DNA of 64,000 bases from Octopus vulgaris (Eukaryota), in NCBI GenBank assembly GCA_951406725.2, contig OX597818.1:32488001-32552000 (forward strand), in the 5' to 3' direction. The notes beneath the pieces are model-generated. The model did no database searches. It was not told the origin of the DNA and saw nothing but the letters and a program-made list of their open reading frames with translations. The translations under genes were made by a program, and so were the position numbers. This document shows positions 16,658-29,700 of this stretch, piece after piece. Numbering within the stretch: the first letter of the stretch is position 1; every line of letters begins with the position of its first letter.

Positions 16658-16821
16658 GATATTTAACACCGACAAAAATGAGAGAATAAAAATAATGGAG
16701 GACGAGAGCCGTTTGAAATTGTCGCAAGTGACTGCGTCTGAAAATGGAGTTTACTCATGTCGTGCAGAAAACATTGCAGGCGCCAGAGATTCGAAGAAGA
16801 AATTTTTATTGAATGTTGAAG
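16658..16821 (+). CDS. PTK7: PTK7/off-track-like receptor, exon B (C-half of Ig2), phase 2 to phase 1
   Basis: Acceptor gtgttttcattacAG|G and donor G|GTAAAA. 164 nt encoding (R)IFNTDKNERIKIMEDESRLKLSQVTASENGVYSCRAENIAGARDSKKKFLLNVE(E), with the E-N-G-x-Y-x-C F-strand motif. The phase matches exon A (AG+G = Arg). Resembles PTK7 'EHSGLYSCCAHSAFGQACSSQNFTLSIA'. Confidence 0.93.
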
Positions 16822-17089
16822 GTAAAAAGATCTTCATTGTTTTATTGTTTCGCAAAAATTTTTTTACTTCAGTAGTTAATATAATTGAAAAGAAAATTCA
16901 TACCGCATTTTGAACTGGTTCAAATAAAGGTGTAAAATAAACAACATCAATTTACAAAAATGAATTTAATTTAAAATCAATACTACTTCACTGGATACCA
17001 TCGACTATGACAATATTCACTACGAGATACATCAATGTATGACACATTACAATTACTGAGGCATATAGTGCCTCTTTACTAAAATATTG

Positions 17090-17607
17090 GTTTCAAATTT
17101 TGGTGCAAGGTTAGAAATTTCAGGGAAGCCGCAAAGTCGATTAGATTAGCACAAATGTTCAACTGGTACTTATTTTATTGACCACAAACGGCGAAGGCGA
17201 AGTCGATCACGATGGAATTTGAACTCAGGATGGGCAAAATGCAGCTAAATATTTTCGATTCTATGTACAAGACCCTAAATTTTGGAGGAGGGGGCTAGTC
17301 GGTTAAAATGACCCCAGTGCGAAAGGATGAAAGGCAAAGTCGACCTCTGCGGAATTTGAACACAGAACGTAAAGGCAGACGAAATACCTATTTCTTTACT
17401 GCCCACAAGAGGCTACACACAGAGGGTACAAACAAGGACAAACAATCCTATTAAGTCGATTATATCTACCCCCGTGCGTAACTGGTACAACATCCGAAAG
17501 GATGAAAGGCAAAGTCGACCTCGGCGGAATTTGAACTCAGAACGTAGCGGCAGACGAAATACCGCTAAGTATTTCGCCCGACGTGCTAACTATTCTGCCA
17601 GCACGCT
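17090..17607 (-). mobile_element. Cluster of SINE family A copies including a head-to-tail dimer
   Basis: Repeated ccgaaaggatgaaaggcaaagtcgacctc...gaatttgaac blocks, with the dimer junction at about 17381-17400. Confidence 0.88.
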
Positions 17608-17799
17608 ATCCTCCTTTACTAATATGTTGAAGATACACAATATTAAACTCCATTGGCAGATGTGACCAAACATTACTGACGATGAAAATAGAGTAGATTA
17701 GATGGCACTAACCGATTATTTGTTTTGCAGTATCTAGCAGTTAATTTTTTGGTCATTCGTTTTTGTATGGCTTTTAGATTATTTCATATTTTACTTTAA

Positions 17800-18010
17800 G
17801 GCACAAGCTGGCAGAATCGTTAGCGTATTTGACAAATTTGCTTAACGGCATTCCTTCCAGGTCCTTACATACTAAGTTCAAATTCTGTCAGAGCCGATTT
17901 TGCTTTTACTATTTTGGAGTCGATAAAATACCAATTAAGTACTGGTGTCCACGCGGTCGACTAACCCCTTGCCATCAGATTGCTAGCTTTGTACCAGAAT
18001 TTGAAGCAAT
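17800..18010 (+). mobile_element. Older SINE family A copy
   Basis: gctggcagaatcgttagc...aagttcaaattc...gtcgataaaataccaattaagtactgg. Confidence 0.75.
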
Positions 18011-18062
18011 TACTTATTTTCCTTTACATTTTATTCCCAAATTACACACGCACACGCACGTG

Positions 18063-18103
<41 letters not shown>

Positions 18104-18211
18104 TTTTTTAAAGTTTCAGCTCATGCTGATGCACCGCCGTTGTATATATATATATATTACGTATATATATATATGTATGTGTATATATATATATATGTAT
18201 ATGTGTGTATG

Positions 18212-18250
<39 letters not shown>

Positions 18251-19883
18251 ATATATATATATATAGAGAGAGAGAGTGATGTGTGTACGTGTTTAAATTT
18301 GGTACCTAATACAGTGCATGATTACCATAAAGCTTAATGCAACCAGCATAGAGATACTAACATCATTAACTGAAACATTATTGATTGTCCACTACAACGA
18401 TATGCGAAACACTGACCATTGCAACGGAATATGGCTGTCGTATTAGAATAACTCAAGGGCAGGTATAATTAAGTTAGCTATACCTCTGCCCTATGAATAG
18501 CAGACCATGTGTTTAAGAAGGAAATCATATTAAGATGACTCACCTTCAGTTCCATGCTGTCTTTATCTGACTTGAGTCTGGGACACGTTAGTAATCTGAT
18601 AAAAAAAATTTTCTTCACTAACTGTTTCCAGATTTTACCCTAGCATTGTGCTGCTTCGTCCATTTGCCACTTTCACTCTGGCCGTCCATCTACCGTTTTA
18701 CATTCAATCTCCATTCGCACATTCTCGATGCATTCTCTTCTCTTTGTCTCAGGATCCTGTCTCTGTGTTCACATCCTTCATCAAAACTTACATAAAGTCC
18801 TGCAAATTAATTACCATGGTTTCATGCTGTGTATTTAAGCATCAGTTTTTATTTCATCCATATCTCTGTATGTTCTCCATGTTATGGGCAAAATCGTCCT
18901 CTTGTAAAAAAGAAAGAAATTGATTAGACAATGACGACAAAATTCTGTGATGTAGAAAATATGTCTCTACTCAGTGTATCGTTTTCCCAAAGCCAACATT
19001 TTCATAATTCAAAGAAAGAATTATGACAGAATCTAATGCGGAAAACAATTTAGGAAGTCGTGAAGTTTGTTTGTCTTTGATAAAATATATGTCTTATACT
19101 AAGCCATATTTTTCTGTACAACCGAAACTAATACACACTTGACTGTTTGTATATCTTACTATAATATAACATAAAGTTATAATGTATGCATGCATTTACA
19201 CACATACAAACGCCTACACACGCTCACAGACAGACATATATTTATACGTGTGTGTGTGTGTGTGTGTGTGTAGGTAGACGGATGCACATTTGTCCATCTT
19301 GTCGTTCATACTTTCTAACCAATCAGATTTCAGAGGGAAAACCCTATCAGGCATTCAATCGATGATTGAGTTTCCCCCAGCTTCTTGCGGCAATGCAGCC
19401 TACCAAAGGGATTTCCTTCTTTCTTCAAAAGACCAATTAGAATCTATTCTGTTTGCTTGAGTGCTTTTCAATTACGTTCCTCAAACAAACCCAACACACT
19501 CACCGTCGTTAACATTAATGTCATTTCGACATTGTGTGTGTGTATATGCGTGGAGGGTGGGGCGTGTATATACGTATGTATTTGTATGTGTGTGTGTAAT
19601 GTGCGTTCGTGTGTCTCGATCAAGTGCTTTGATACTTCTTGTCGCTTCATTCGTGTATTTCTAATTTTTTGACTGGAGTAATAACGATTTTCTTCATAAA
19701 CTATATTCATATACATACACACACACGCATGTATACTTTCACCTTACATAAATACATAAATACATACATACATACATACATACATACATACAGAAAAAAA
19801 GACAGATAGAGATGAAGTTATATACGTAAATATACATATATGGATGAGTATATCTATATGTACATATATCTCTCTCCCTCTCG

Positions 19884-19920
<37 letters not shown>

Positions 19921-20320
19921 CATATGTGTGTGTGTTTGTGTATACATAAGTACGCGAATATTTGAATATATATGCGAATGTAAATGAATATACGCCTATA
20001 TACATGCGTATATCAATGAATGTATGCATGTGTGTATGTTTATATGTGAGCAATTATCTGCAACGGTTTCAGCTTAAGGTGTATTTCAATTAAATCTAGA
20101 ATAAACAAGTCCTATACATTCACAAAAACATTTGAACATACCATACCGTACACTAACACATACATATTGGAAATACATACACTTAAGCAGATTTAAAGTT
20201 TCAGAGAGAGAGAGAGGGGGAGGGAGAGAGAGAGAGAGTTTAAACACATCATATTCACTTTGACAGAGACGACCACCTATGCATGGAATTATCCGCGGAA
20301 TTTTCCGAGCCCTTAGTGCA

Positions 20321-20520
20321 TCAGATTTTGCGGTGTTTGGTCTGGCTCTCAGGGCTCTGATTTCAAATCCCGTCGAGACCAACTTTACATGTTGTCCTAT
20401 CGGGGAGGAGGATAGGCGGAAGTGTAGCGAACGTCGACCTTGATTCTTTCTGTTTTTGTTTTGTGTCGACTCTTTGTCTTCTGTTCTGAAGTTAAATCCC
20501 GCCGTGGCCCAACTTCGGTG
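20321..20520 (+). repeat. About 200-bp dispersed local duplication, copy 1 (copy 2 at 23121-23321)
   Basis: Shared tctggctctcagggctctgatttcaaatcccgtcgag...ggggaggaggataggcggaagtgtagcgaacgtc...aacttcggtg. Confidence 0.9.
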
Positions 20521-20717
20521 GGTCGTAGACTTAATCCGTCACATATTTTTACACAATCACCTTTTGACACTTTGAGGTCATTTAGCAGATTCCGTTCCCT
20601 TGCAAATATTCAGACCCTAGTGTCTAGTTTCAGGAAATTTTCCTCTTTCTGTGTCCACACTCTCAGAGACTCTATACAGAACCATGAGCACCATCTAACA
20701 TCATAAGTAATACCTGT

Positions 20718-20925
20718 TAGTTTCAAATTTTAGCACAAAGCCAGCAATTTCGGAAAAGTGGGTAAGTCGATTATATCGACCTCCATGATCAAACAGGTAC
20801 TTATTTTATCGATCTCGAAAGGATGAAAGACAAAGTCGACCTTGACGAAATTTGAACGCAGAACGTAAAACCGGACTAAGTATCGCTGAGCATTTTTCCC
20901 GGCATGCTACTGACTCGACAAGCTC
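20718..20925 (-). mobile_element. SINE family A (older subtype)
   Basis: tttcaaattttagcacaaagccagc...gaaaggatgaaagacaaagtcgacc... Confidence 0.8.
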
Positions 20926-21879
20926 GGTACTTTTTCTAATAGAAACATATTGAAAACAAATCAATAACAAGACAAAAAACTTTAAAGGACCTTATGATAT
21001 CATTTTAAAAGATATTAGACTGCTATTTCTAGTAGGTCGAATGGTCCATCGAACCTACCCTACAAGTAGCTCTAAAGCATTAAGTTTGATGAATTGGTGA
21101 CAGAACCCCACATTTCAAACAGGATTGCTTTCTAGATGGTTCAAATCTTGGATAACTTATGTCATGTAATTAAAGAAAATCAGCGGGCAAAAATTTCACG
21201 AATAATTTCTGGACAGCGGGTTGACTGGAATTTGTCTTAAAATACTTGGTTTTACCCCTTACGTTTCTGGGTTGATTCTTTATCGAGGTTAGCATTGTGT
21301 GACAACCGCATAAGACCGTTAAGTAGATATAACATTCTAAGTTGTATTTTTTTCAGCTGCTGTACCTTTCCCCCTTATGAACATTTTACTTAAGTCAATA
21401 ATGCCTATTGAAATATACAGGTACAAACACAACACACATACACACACAGAGAGGTACGTGCGTACGCTTACACATTTAACGTCTGAAGGAGAACTGCTGT
21501 TGGCAGATTAAACTATTAACGTGATTTGTGATACGGAAGTTAATTTACTTTGAAAGTAACGTAAGACATTTTAACGTCGAATAAAGGAATCCGTCTGAAG
21601 ATTTACAACTAACTAAAAGCAAAACAGTTAAAGAAAAATATTTAGTTTCATAGAATATCATTAACATCAGCGTATTCAGATTTATTCTAGTAATGGTATA
21701 TTTTTCATGCAAAACACATGACGAAAAGTTGTGTATGCCAATACAAGAAAATTGTATACAACTGCGTCCTTGAGGTATGTTCATCTGTATGGATGTCTGG
21801 TTGCATTTTCTTGTGTGTGTGTGTGTGTGTATGTGTGCATAAAGTGCAGTCATACATGTGTAGTTTAAAAATTCGCTTT

Positions 21880-22160
21880 CCCAGTATTTGACCATTTGGG
21901 TTCGGGTTCAGTCCCACTGCGTGGCAAGTGTCCCATACAGTTTACTTGTGACTGAATTTGGTACACGGAAACCGGTTGGAAGCCCGACACATATATGTAT
22001 GGGGGAGGGATGTCTTTGTCCCTGCAACTCCTTCTTTACGCCCACGTAACATAGCGTTTCGGCAAAAGGACTGATAGAATGAGTATCATTTAAAAATTAG
22101 TACTATGGTCAGTCTGTTCGAATATTTCCACAAGGTGGTCCATTAACTGAAACAAGGAAA
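21880..22160 (+). mobile_element. Degraded SINE family B
   Basis: gggttcagtcccactgcgtggcaagtgtc...ttcggcaaaagg...actgaaacaag. Confidence 0.7.
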
Positions 22161-23075
22161 AGATTTTGTGTATGTGTGCGTGTGTGTGTGTGTATATACA
22201 CACACACATGTGTATAGTGTTATGATGGTGGTTAAATCATCGATGTGCGTCAGGAAAGTTTGGCGTGAAACAAATTTTCATTTGGTTTGATTTCATAAGA
22301 CAAAGATCGAAAGTCACGTTACGTGTCTAATGTTATACATCAAGTCTTGATAGATACACATGGGTCTGTCTGTCAAACCTTTGACTCTAACTTCTGATAA
22401 TTTTATTATAATTCTTCAATGAAACGAAAGTTCTTTGAAACATAAAACTGATTACTTACACGGCCTTCAATAACATCTATCTACAACACAATGTGGGAAA
22501 AAAGTTTTATTTAATAGATATATGAATTTTGCAAAAGCAAAACAATAAGTCTTCTACTGGACTGAGTATTAAATTAGCCGCATGTAAAACCATTTGATAA
22601 AACATTCAAAAGAAGAAAGAAATTATTTTAAATTGAAAAGCAAAACCTAATTGAATGAAAAACTTATTCTGATCATAGAATCGTTTATTCCCAACAGTTA
22701 TTTTGTAATCGATAGTTCGATAGACAATAAATACATTTATTTTAAAATACAAGAACTTGATATGAAAATACAGTTTCTTTTTCTTTTCATGAAAGAGTTT
22801 AAAATAAAGGACTTGGTCGTTAATGTTCAAGCTTTCTGATTCCTCTTTTAATACTATTTCAAAATGAAATGAAACATAAGGAAAACTGACATCGCAGAAA
22901 TTTAGAAAAGACCTTTACATTTTGGGCGCAAAGGCTTGTCTTCAGATGAATACAGTCAAAGAAATTTGTGTTTACATAGATTCTACACATTTCTTTGTCT
23001 GAATTCTTCTGAAAATAGGCCTTTAGTCCCTAAATCTAAAGGTTCTTTTTTTAGAAACGATTCTGCATTGTTAGA

Positions 23076-23109
<34 letters not shown>

Positions 23110-23120
23110 CCGCTAGTGAA

Positions 23121-23321
23121 TCATATTTTGCGGTGTTTAGTCTGGCTCTCAGGGCTCTGATTTCAAATCCCGTCGAGATCAACTTTACATGTTGTCCTAT
23201 CGGGGAGGAGGATAGGCGGAAGTGTAGCGAACGTCAACCTTGATTCTTTCTGTTTTTGTTTTTGTTTTGTGTCGACACTTTGTCTTCTGAAGTTAAATCC
23301 CGCCGTGGCCTAACTTCGGTG
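23121..23321 (+). repeat. About 200-bp dispersed local duplication, copy 2
   Basis: Near-identical to 20321-20520. Confidence 0.9.
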
Positions 23322-24137
23322 TTCTTGTTTATCATTTCATTCATTATTCTGCTTCTGTACCACAATGCTTCAAGCGAATTACAACGCTACCGCTGAAATG
23401 GCAAAAGTGTATTGACAATGTGGGTGCATACTTTGATGAAAACTATTCCTTGTATTTATAAAACATTAGCAAACTTCTTTTCTTTTCTACAAATTTCATA
23501 CTTGACGACGTAATATGTTCAGAAGAAATATATAGCAATTACTACCGATTTCTTTATTAGCAAGTTGTGCAGTTTTTATAAACTATCAAATATAAACCAT
23601 CAAATCGTCTCTGGGATTTCTAAGAAATTAAATAACTAAGTTAACGCCTTTGAATGTACTGAAACAAAGGTAAAAATTATGCTCGGGTTTGCCAATATAC
23701 CATTTTCAGAATTTTACTTTAAAAATGCTTGGATGTCCAAACCACAGGGAAGCGTAATCACATATGTTATTCGTAGCGAAATTTCTCGATCCAAGCAGTA
23801 ACAACGGTGACGTTGAGCTAGACAGTTCTTAAACCTAGTTCAGAGAGGTTCTCGATTACAGAGTAACATTTAACCAAGTAATGTATTGTCTCGATCAATT
23901 TCACTGCTCTAAGTAAAGACCATAAACATCGATTCCAGACACAATGTCCTGAATGTGTTAGCAGCGATGTTGTAAAGTTGTGTTACAGTCATATCTTGAG
24001 AATATCAGAAGCTGATGAATATCAGAAACGGAATGGCCGTGACTGGTTTTTGAGACAAAATCAAAAAAATTGTATCGCTGCTAGATTATCGTTTAACTTA
24101 ACACTGCTCATAATGCGTTGATTTACTATTCACAGAC

Positions 24138-24223
<86 letters not shown>

Positions 24224-25544
24224 CCACACACTCATTCATTCATCCACACATGTTCTGCCGGTACGAACTGATATACAAACACCGAGTAGCAAGGCCAAGA
24301 ACACAGCTAAACATATGCACAAGTATATCTAAGTTTAGGTCCGCCGGTTAGTGTTTGTGAGGATGTGTGCGTGTAGTGTGTGTCTGTCTGTGTGTCTATA
24401 TTTGTGTGTATGTGTGTGTGTGTGTGTGCGTGTGTGTAAATGTTTGCTTGTCTGTGACTGCTAGTTTGTTTCTACTTTTACAAATATCTGGTATGTGGTT
24501 TGAGCAAGTATGTGTTTGTTTGCTACATGTGAATTTGTTTTGAATGAAAGTAGTTGATTTGTATGAATCAGTGTTTGGTTGTCATGGATATTTAGTGTTT
24601 ATTTCAGTCTGTGTGCTTTGAATGAACCTAGGTGTCTGTGTGTGTCTATGTGTGTGTGTGTGAAATTTGTGTGAATGGTTATATGCTATTTGTCAGTTGT
24701 GACGTAACGAAAGCGCCATTGAATCTTGTATCTGTCAGATTCTGTATAAAACCAAGGAAAAGACTGATCAACGAGGCGTGAAATGAACGACTGGCATCTT
24801 GCAAAAGCAGCAGTAGTAGCAGCAGCAGCAATGGCAGAAATAAAGATATTTGCAGTGCCATTCGCAGCAGAGTTTCGTCGTGTCGATTTTTGGGTGGCGA
24901 TGTTGTTGAGCGACAATTCAAGTTCGGTGGGGGCGGTGTTGTCAGTTGCAATGCCGGCTTCGCTGCTGGTAGAGAACACACAGCAGTAGTTACGAGTTGA
25001 ATGAAGCATGTAGCTCATTTCATCTGCACTAATATTGAGTCACTGAAGCGTGAAGTACTCTAGTGTTGAATGCATGTGATTATAGTAATCATATTGATTT
25101 GCTTCTACAGTTTCTTTCGCCTGTTTGGTGACCAAATGGATTTCAATTGTTGTCGCTTTTGCTCCCCGCGCTGTTGGTCCAGACCACTGTCTGTCTCTTT
25201 TGTTCCTGTTAATACGTACCTGTAAATAAATTTATCAGTCAGTCCCTTTAGCCATCTTTTAGTCAGGTTAAATATCCGTAATATGGAAGCGCGTGTGCAT
25301 GTGTGTGTGCGTGCGTGTGTGTGTAAGTGTATTTGGACGGGTGACTAACACGTGTGTGTTTGTATGGGCTCACGCGTGTGTGTGTGTGTGTGTGTTTGTG
25401 GTATGTCTGTATGTGTTTGTTTTCACAGCTATATACACACGTAACTGTTCGTTTCGCTCCATACACGTTTTGCTGGCACACACATCCACCCACGAAATCA
25501 CGAACGATATAATGGATGTAATGTCATATACACTTGTCTATCTG

Positions 25545-25605
<61 letters not shown>

Positions 25606-25795
25606 ATATATATATATATTTATATAACTTAGATAACTTAGATATGTTTCGACCAAAGATTGGTCCAGGCCATGGCTTATATATATATATATATATCCGT
25701 CCATCTGTCTGTCTGTCACTGTATGCATAATGCATATACATACACACAAGTAAAGTTTCATCTCTTACCATATATATATATATATATATATATAC

Positions 25796-25976
25796 CGAAC
25801 CATCTCAAGTGTAACTGCCCGAAATGGTTGTGACGTCTGGTACTTGACTGAAGAAAGAAGGCCACGAGTGACCCGTCTTTTTTTGTCTATCCTTCTAATT
25901 GTTGTTTCTCTTGTCCGCCTTTGTATCGTCTATCTGTCTGAATGATTTTATTGTCCTCTATCGCGGTTTTGTTCCA
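25796..25976 (+). mobile_element. Possible Penelope-like terminal fragment in a microsatellite
   Basis: Non-repetitive insert between (TA)n and (CA)n, with a ccgaaa motif and a pyrimidine-rich tail like the other PLE pieces. Confidence 0.4.
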
Positions 25977-26636
25977 TACACACACACACACACAAGCACA
26001 CACACATACACATTTATGTATAGTGACACTTGATTCACGCACGTAAATGTATCATATACACATATCCTGGAATACGCGTAAGTGCTCGGCAAAGATTATT
26101 GATAAAATTAATATAAATAATGTTTGACAAAAAATATTGAATAGAATATTGATTCAAAAATTTGTATACAATAACCAACGTTATTTGTTGTGATTAAATC
26201 TAGATCGTCTCATTAACTCACTAATTATTATTGGTGATAGTTTGACTTGAACGATCCATTCTTCTATTCACCAGTATTCAAATATGACTCCACACAAAAG
26301 TATTTCATAACTTTTCGTTTAGTTTATTCAGCCTAATATTTATTTACACCTGTAACAACGTACTTCTCTATATTACACTTTTCTTCCCATGCCCCCTATT
26401 TCTTTCACTCTTTCTCTCTTCTCCCTCTCCTTCTGTTTACCCCCTCCCTCTCCTTCTTTTTATCACTCTCTCTTTCACTATGTTTTAATCTCTCCCTCTC
26501 TCACACACACTCTCGCTCACTCAATCGTTCTAGTAGGTTACTGATTTTGCAAGTTTACGTCAACACTGATTTTCATTTCCACGTGTGTGCATAACTCTGT
26601 GTGTGTATGTGTGTGTGTGCATACATGCCCAGAAAG

Positions 26637-26677
<41 letters not shown>

Positions 26678-26681
26678 CTAA

Positions 26682-26724
<43 letters not shown>

Positions 26725-29700
26725 CGTTCTCTCTATCCCACACATCATACAGGCGCGTGTTCACATGAGAGATTTATATGTATATTAAATATGTATATAT
26801 ATAATATCTACTATATTTTTATACACACATGTATAAATGTAGATATTTACTAAAGCGTCTTAACGTGTATCATTTGCGCATGCGGGTGTGTGTGTGTATA
26901 TATGTGTGTGTGTGTCTGTGCATACTTGCTAATTCAGCAGAATTTTTATAGAATTGTCGATTGCTTGGATAAGCAGGCCAATGAATGAATAAACGTACTT
27001 ATTGACTGGCTATCTTGAAATCTTTGTAAAATGCCTTTCTTGTTCACGCCCTCAACCTCTTTTTCTCTCCACCCCTACCTTCTCACACTCTTTTGTGTCT
27101 CTCCTCACGTTCGTTTCTCTCAATGCCTTTTTTGTTATCGTTATATATATATTTTTTTTTTTCTTAAGCGAGTACTTAGCAAGTAGGTATTACCTATTTT
27201 ACACTTTACTGTAAAACATTCATAACGCCGAACTGACGTGGAAGCCTCTAAGCAGACGCTCTTATCGCTAGAAATCATAATCTCTCCCCACTTAAATAAG
27301 AGAAGGCAAATGAACATTTACTTTTTGATGACCGTAAAAGGACTGGTTAATTACAGAGTAAATTCCCATAATCGATTAGTGTTCATATGGGTTTCAACAA
27401 CGACAATATACCCAGCGTTGCGTCTTATTCGTTCACTGGACAATATTCTTCTTCTTTGAAGATCTGTATAGTTAACTTGCTGCAATGTTTTGTTTAATCT
27501 CAACTAACCCCTAATCATGCAGATTATGTTGAAGACATTATCCTATCTGGGTTTTTTTCAGACCTATTTTAATCTCTATTTATATAAGCCATATACAATG
27601 TGTCATTTTTAAATCAGTAAGGTGTGAAGCGTTAGAGATTTTGATTGCTGCTTCTAGCACGTCAAGAGACCACGTGGAGTCTCTCTCTGATCGCATTGTG
27701 ATTTAGACATAATTTTCCTTTTCACAACTGTAAAGCTTGTTATGACTTCCGAAAAAGAATGACTGATCGTGCTTAGAAACTGAAAGTAACTTTAACATAA
27801 ATGTAGCATGCGCATGCGCATACACATATATCAATCTATCCATCTACACATACATATGCAAACACCCACACATACAGACCCACAAACACACATGCATGCA
27901 CTCATGCACACAGACACATATATACGAGATAATTTAAACACGGTTTCTTGAATTGCAAATCAGTTAATGGAAAATACTCACGCATAAGAGGAGCATCAGA
28001 TTCTTTTACGACTCTTTGTAAAACACAAATTAGACAAAATGTAAGGCTTCTGTCCGCTTTAAAGTGAAGCATCACGTTGTTTTAATTATAATTGGTCCTG
28101 ATTTGTTTGTTCTGAATTCGCGCTGGCTTTAATTATATTTGTCTGAAGCTACCGATATCTTCATTAATTCCGCGAGTAATTATAACGGCGTAGAGAAAGA
28201 GCGATACAGAAGGAGAGAAGACGAAAGCATGTTGAGATAGGAAAAGAAGTGGAAGAAATGTGAAGGAGAAAATGCGAAAGAGAGAAAAAAATGAGTGAGG
28301 TAACGAGGAGGGGGAAGCTGAAGTGCATCATGACAGTAAAAATGAGTATAAAAACATTGATTCAATGAGCAAAGTATCATACGACAAAATGATGTCTTTG
28401 TTTGTGGTAGAGTTCTGATCAAGATTTATGATCGAAAGTATTCCAAAGATAACCTTCCAAACTTTATTTCAGGTAATGTATCTGGGACTATATTGTCCTA
28501 CATACCGTTTTGTAAGAGGGTATAGGGTAGTTTGAGGGAGATTTCATTATTATTTATACCATTTTTAGTTACTAAGTCGGTGCTTCCGTATTGTTAATCA
28601 TATGACAAACAAAGACAGAGAATAGAACTGTTTGAGAAAGAACGAAGAGAAAAATAACAAGGCTGTGAGAATGGAATGAAAGGCATGTCTCAAAGGAAGT
28701 GATGAGGAAGAAATCTCATTTATAGGGAGGGTGAGAGTATATGGCACCATATGTACCGAATTCAATTCAAAGGACAGCGCGAAAAGCGCGATTACAAATT
28801 GTCCGTGACACACCTTTCCATATGCTGGTTCTGCAGTACTTGGGAATGATGAGCATGAGAAAGAAAGTCTGAGACAATGTTAATGGTACCGACCTCTGGT
28901 TAGTGGTCACCTTCATGACATAGTATGAGTGGATGGACAGTACACAGAAGTCCTCATACCTCTGCAAAACCACAATGTCAAAGCAACATAAAAGCAACAA
29001 ACAGGAATACGTTACAGCTCAGTACCTTAGACGAACTAGCTGCTGTACATGTGGCAGCAAAACAATATAAGGGCTCTCTATACAGAAAGCCTAAAAGAAC
29101 AGAAGCAATAACAATAAGCACAAGTGATGGAAGCTGCCGGTCCCAAAGTGACACCATGCACAACTAGTGACTTAGGAAATAGTATTGCTCCGTCCTCATT
29201 GCCCGGAGAGAACTACGAAATTCAAGTATCAGTCAATGAGAGTCGTCCACAACAGCAACAATAAATACGGCAGGGAGTAAGTATCCGGAAGCACCCTTTC
29301 ATAGCTGTATACCACTGCATCAACTTACGAATATGGGGACCATATCAAGACCGAAACAAATTCTTTGAGAAAAAAAAGGATAACACGACAAATGAAAAAG
29401 AAATTGAAAAAAAAAATGTAATAGAAAATGCAGGAATGGGTACACTTCTGTGAAGCAGAGAAACTATTTTCTAGGGAAGATCTCATCTATAATGATAATA
29501 ACAATGTCAACCTCGGCGGAATTTGAATTCTGAACGAAAAGACGGACGAAATACAGCTATGCATTTTGCCCGACATGCTAACGGTTTCACCAGCTCGCTA
29601 CATTACGGGTAGTACGATGTGTTACTTGTCGGGTGTCCACAGGACGTAGGCTCTCATTTGCCAACTGGAACTCAAGAGCTTCTCACGAGCAATTCTGAAA

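Noticed and set aside
16596-16913. 105-aa ORF as a stand-alone gene
   Set aside because: Only 16658-16821 is exon; the flanks are intron read-through.
24783-24989. + strand Ala-rich 68-aa ORF as a PTK7 exon
   Set aside because: No flanking splice sites in a compatible phase and no Ig features; exons B and C already join seamlessly.
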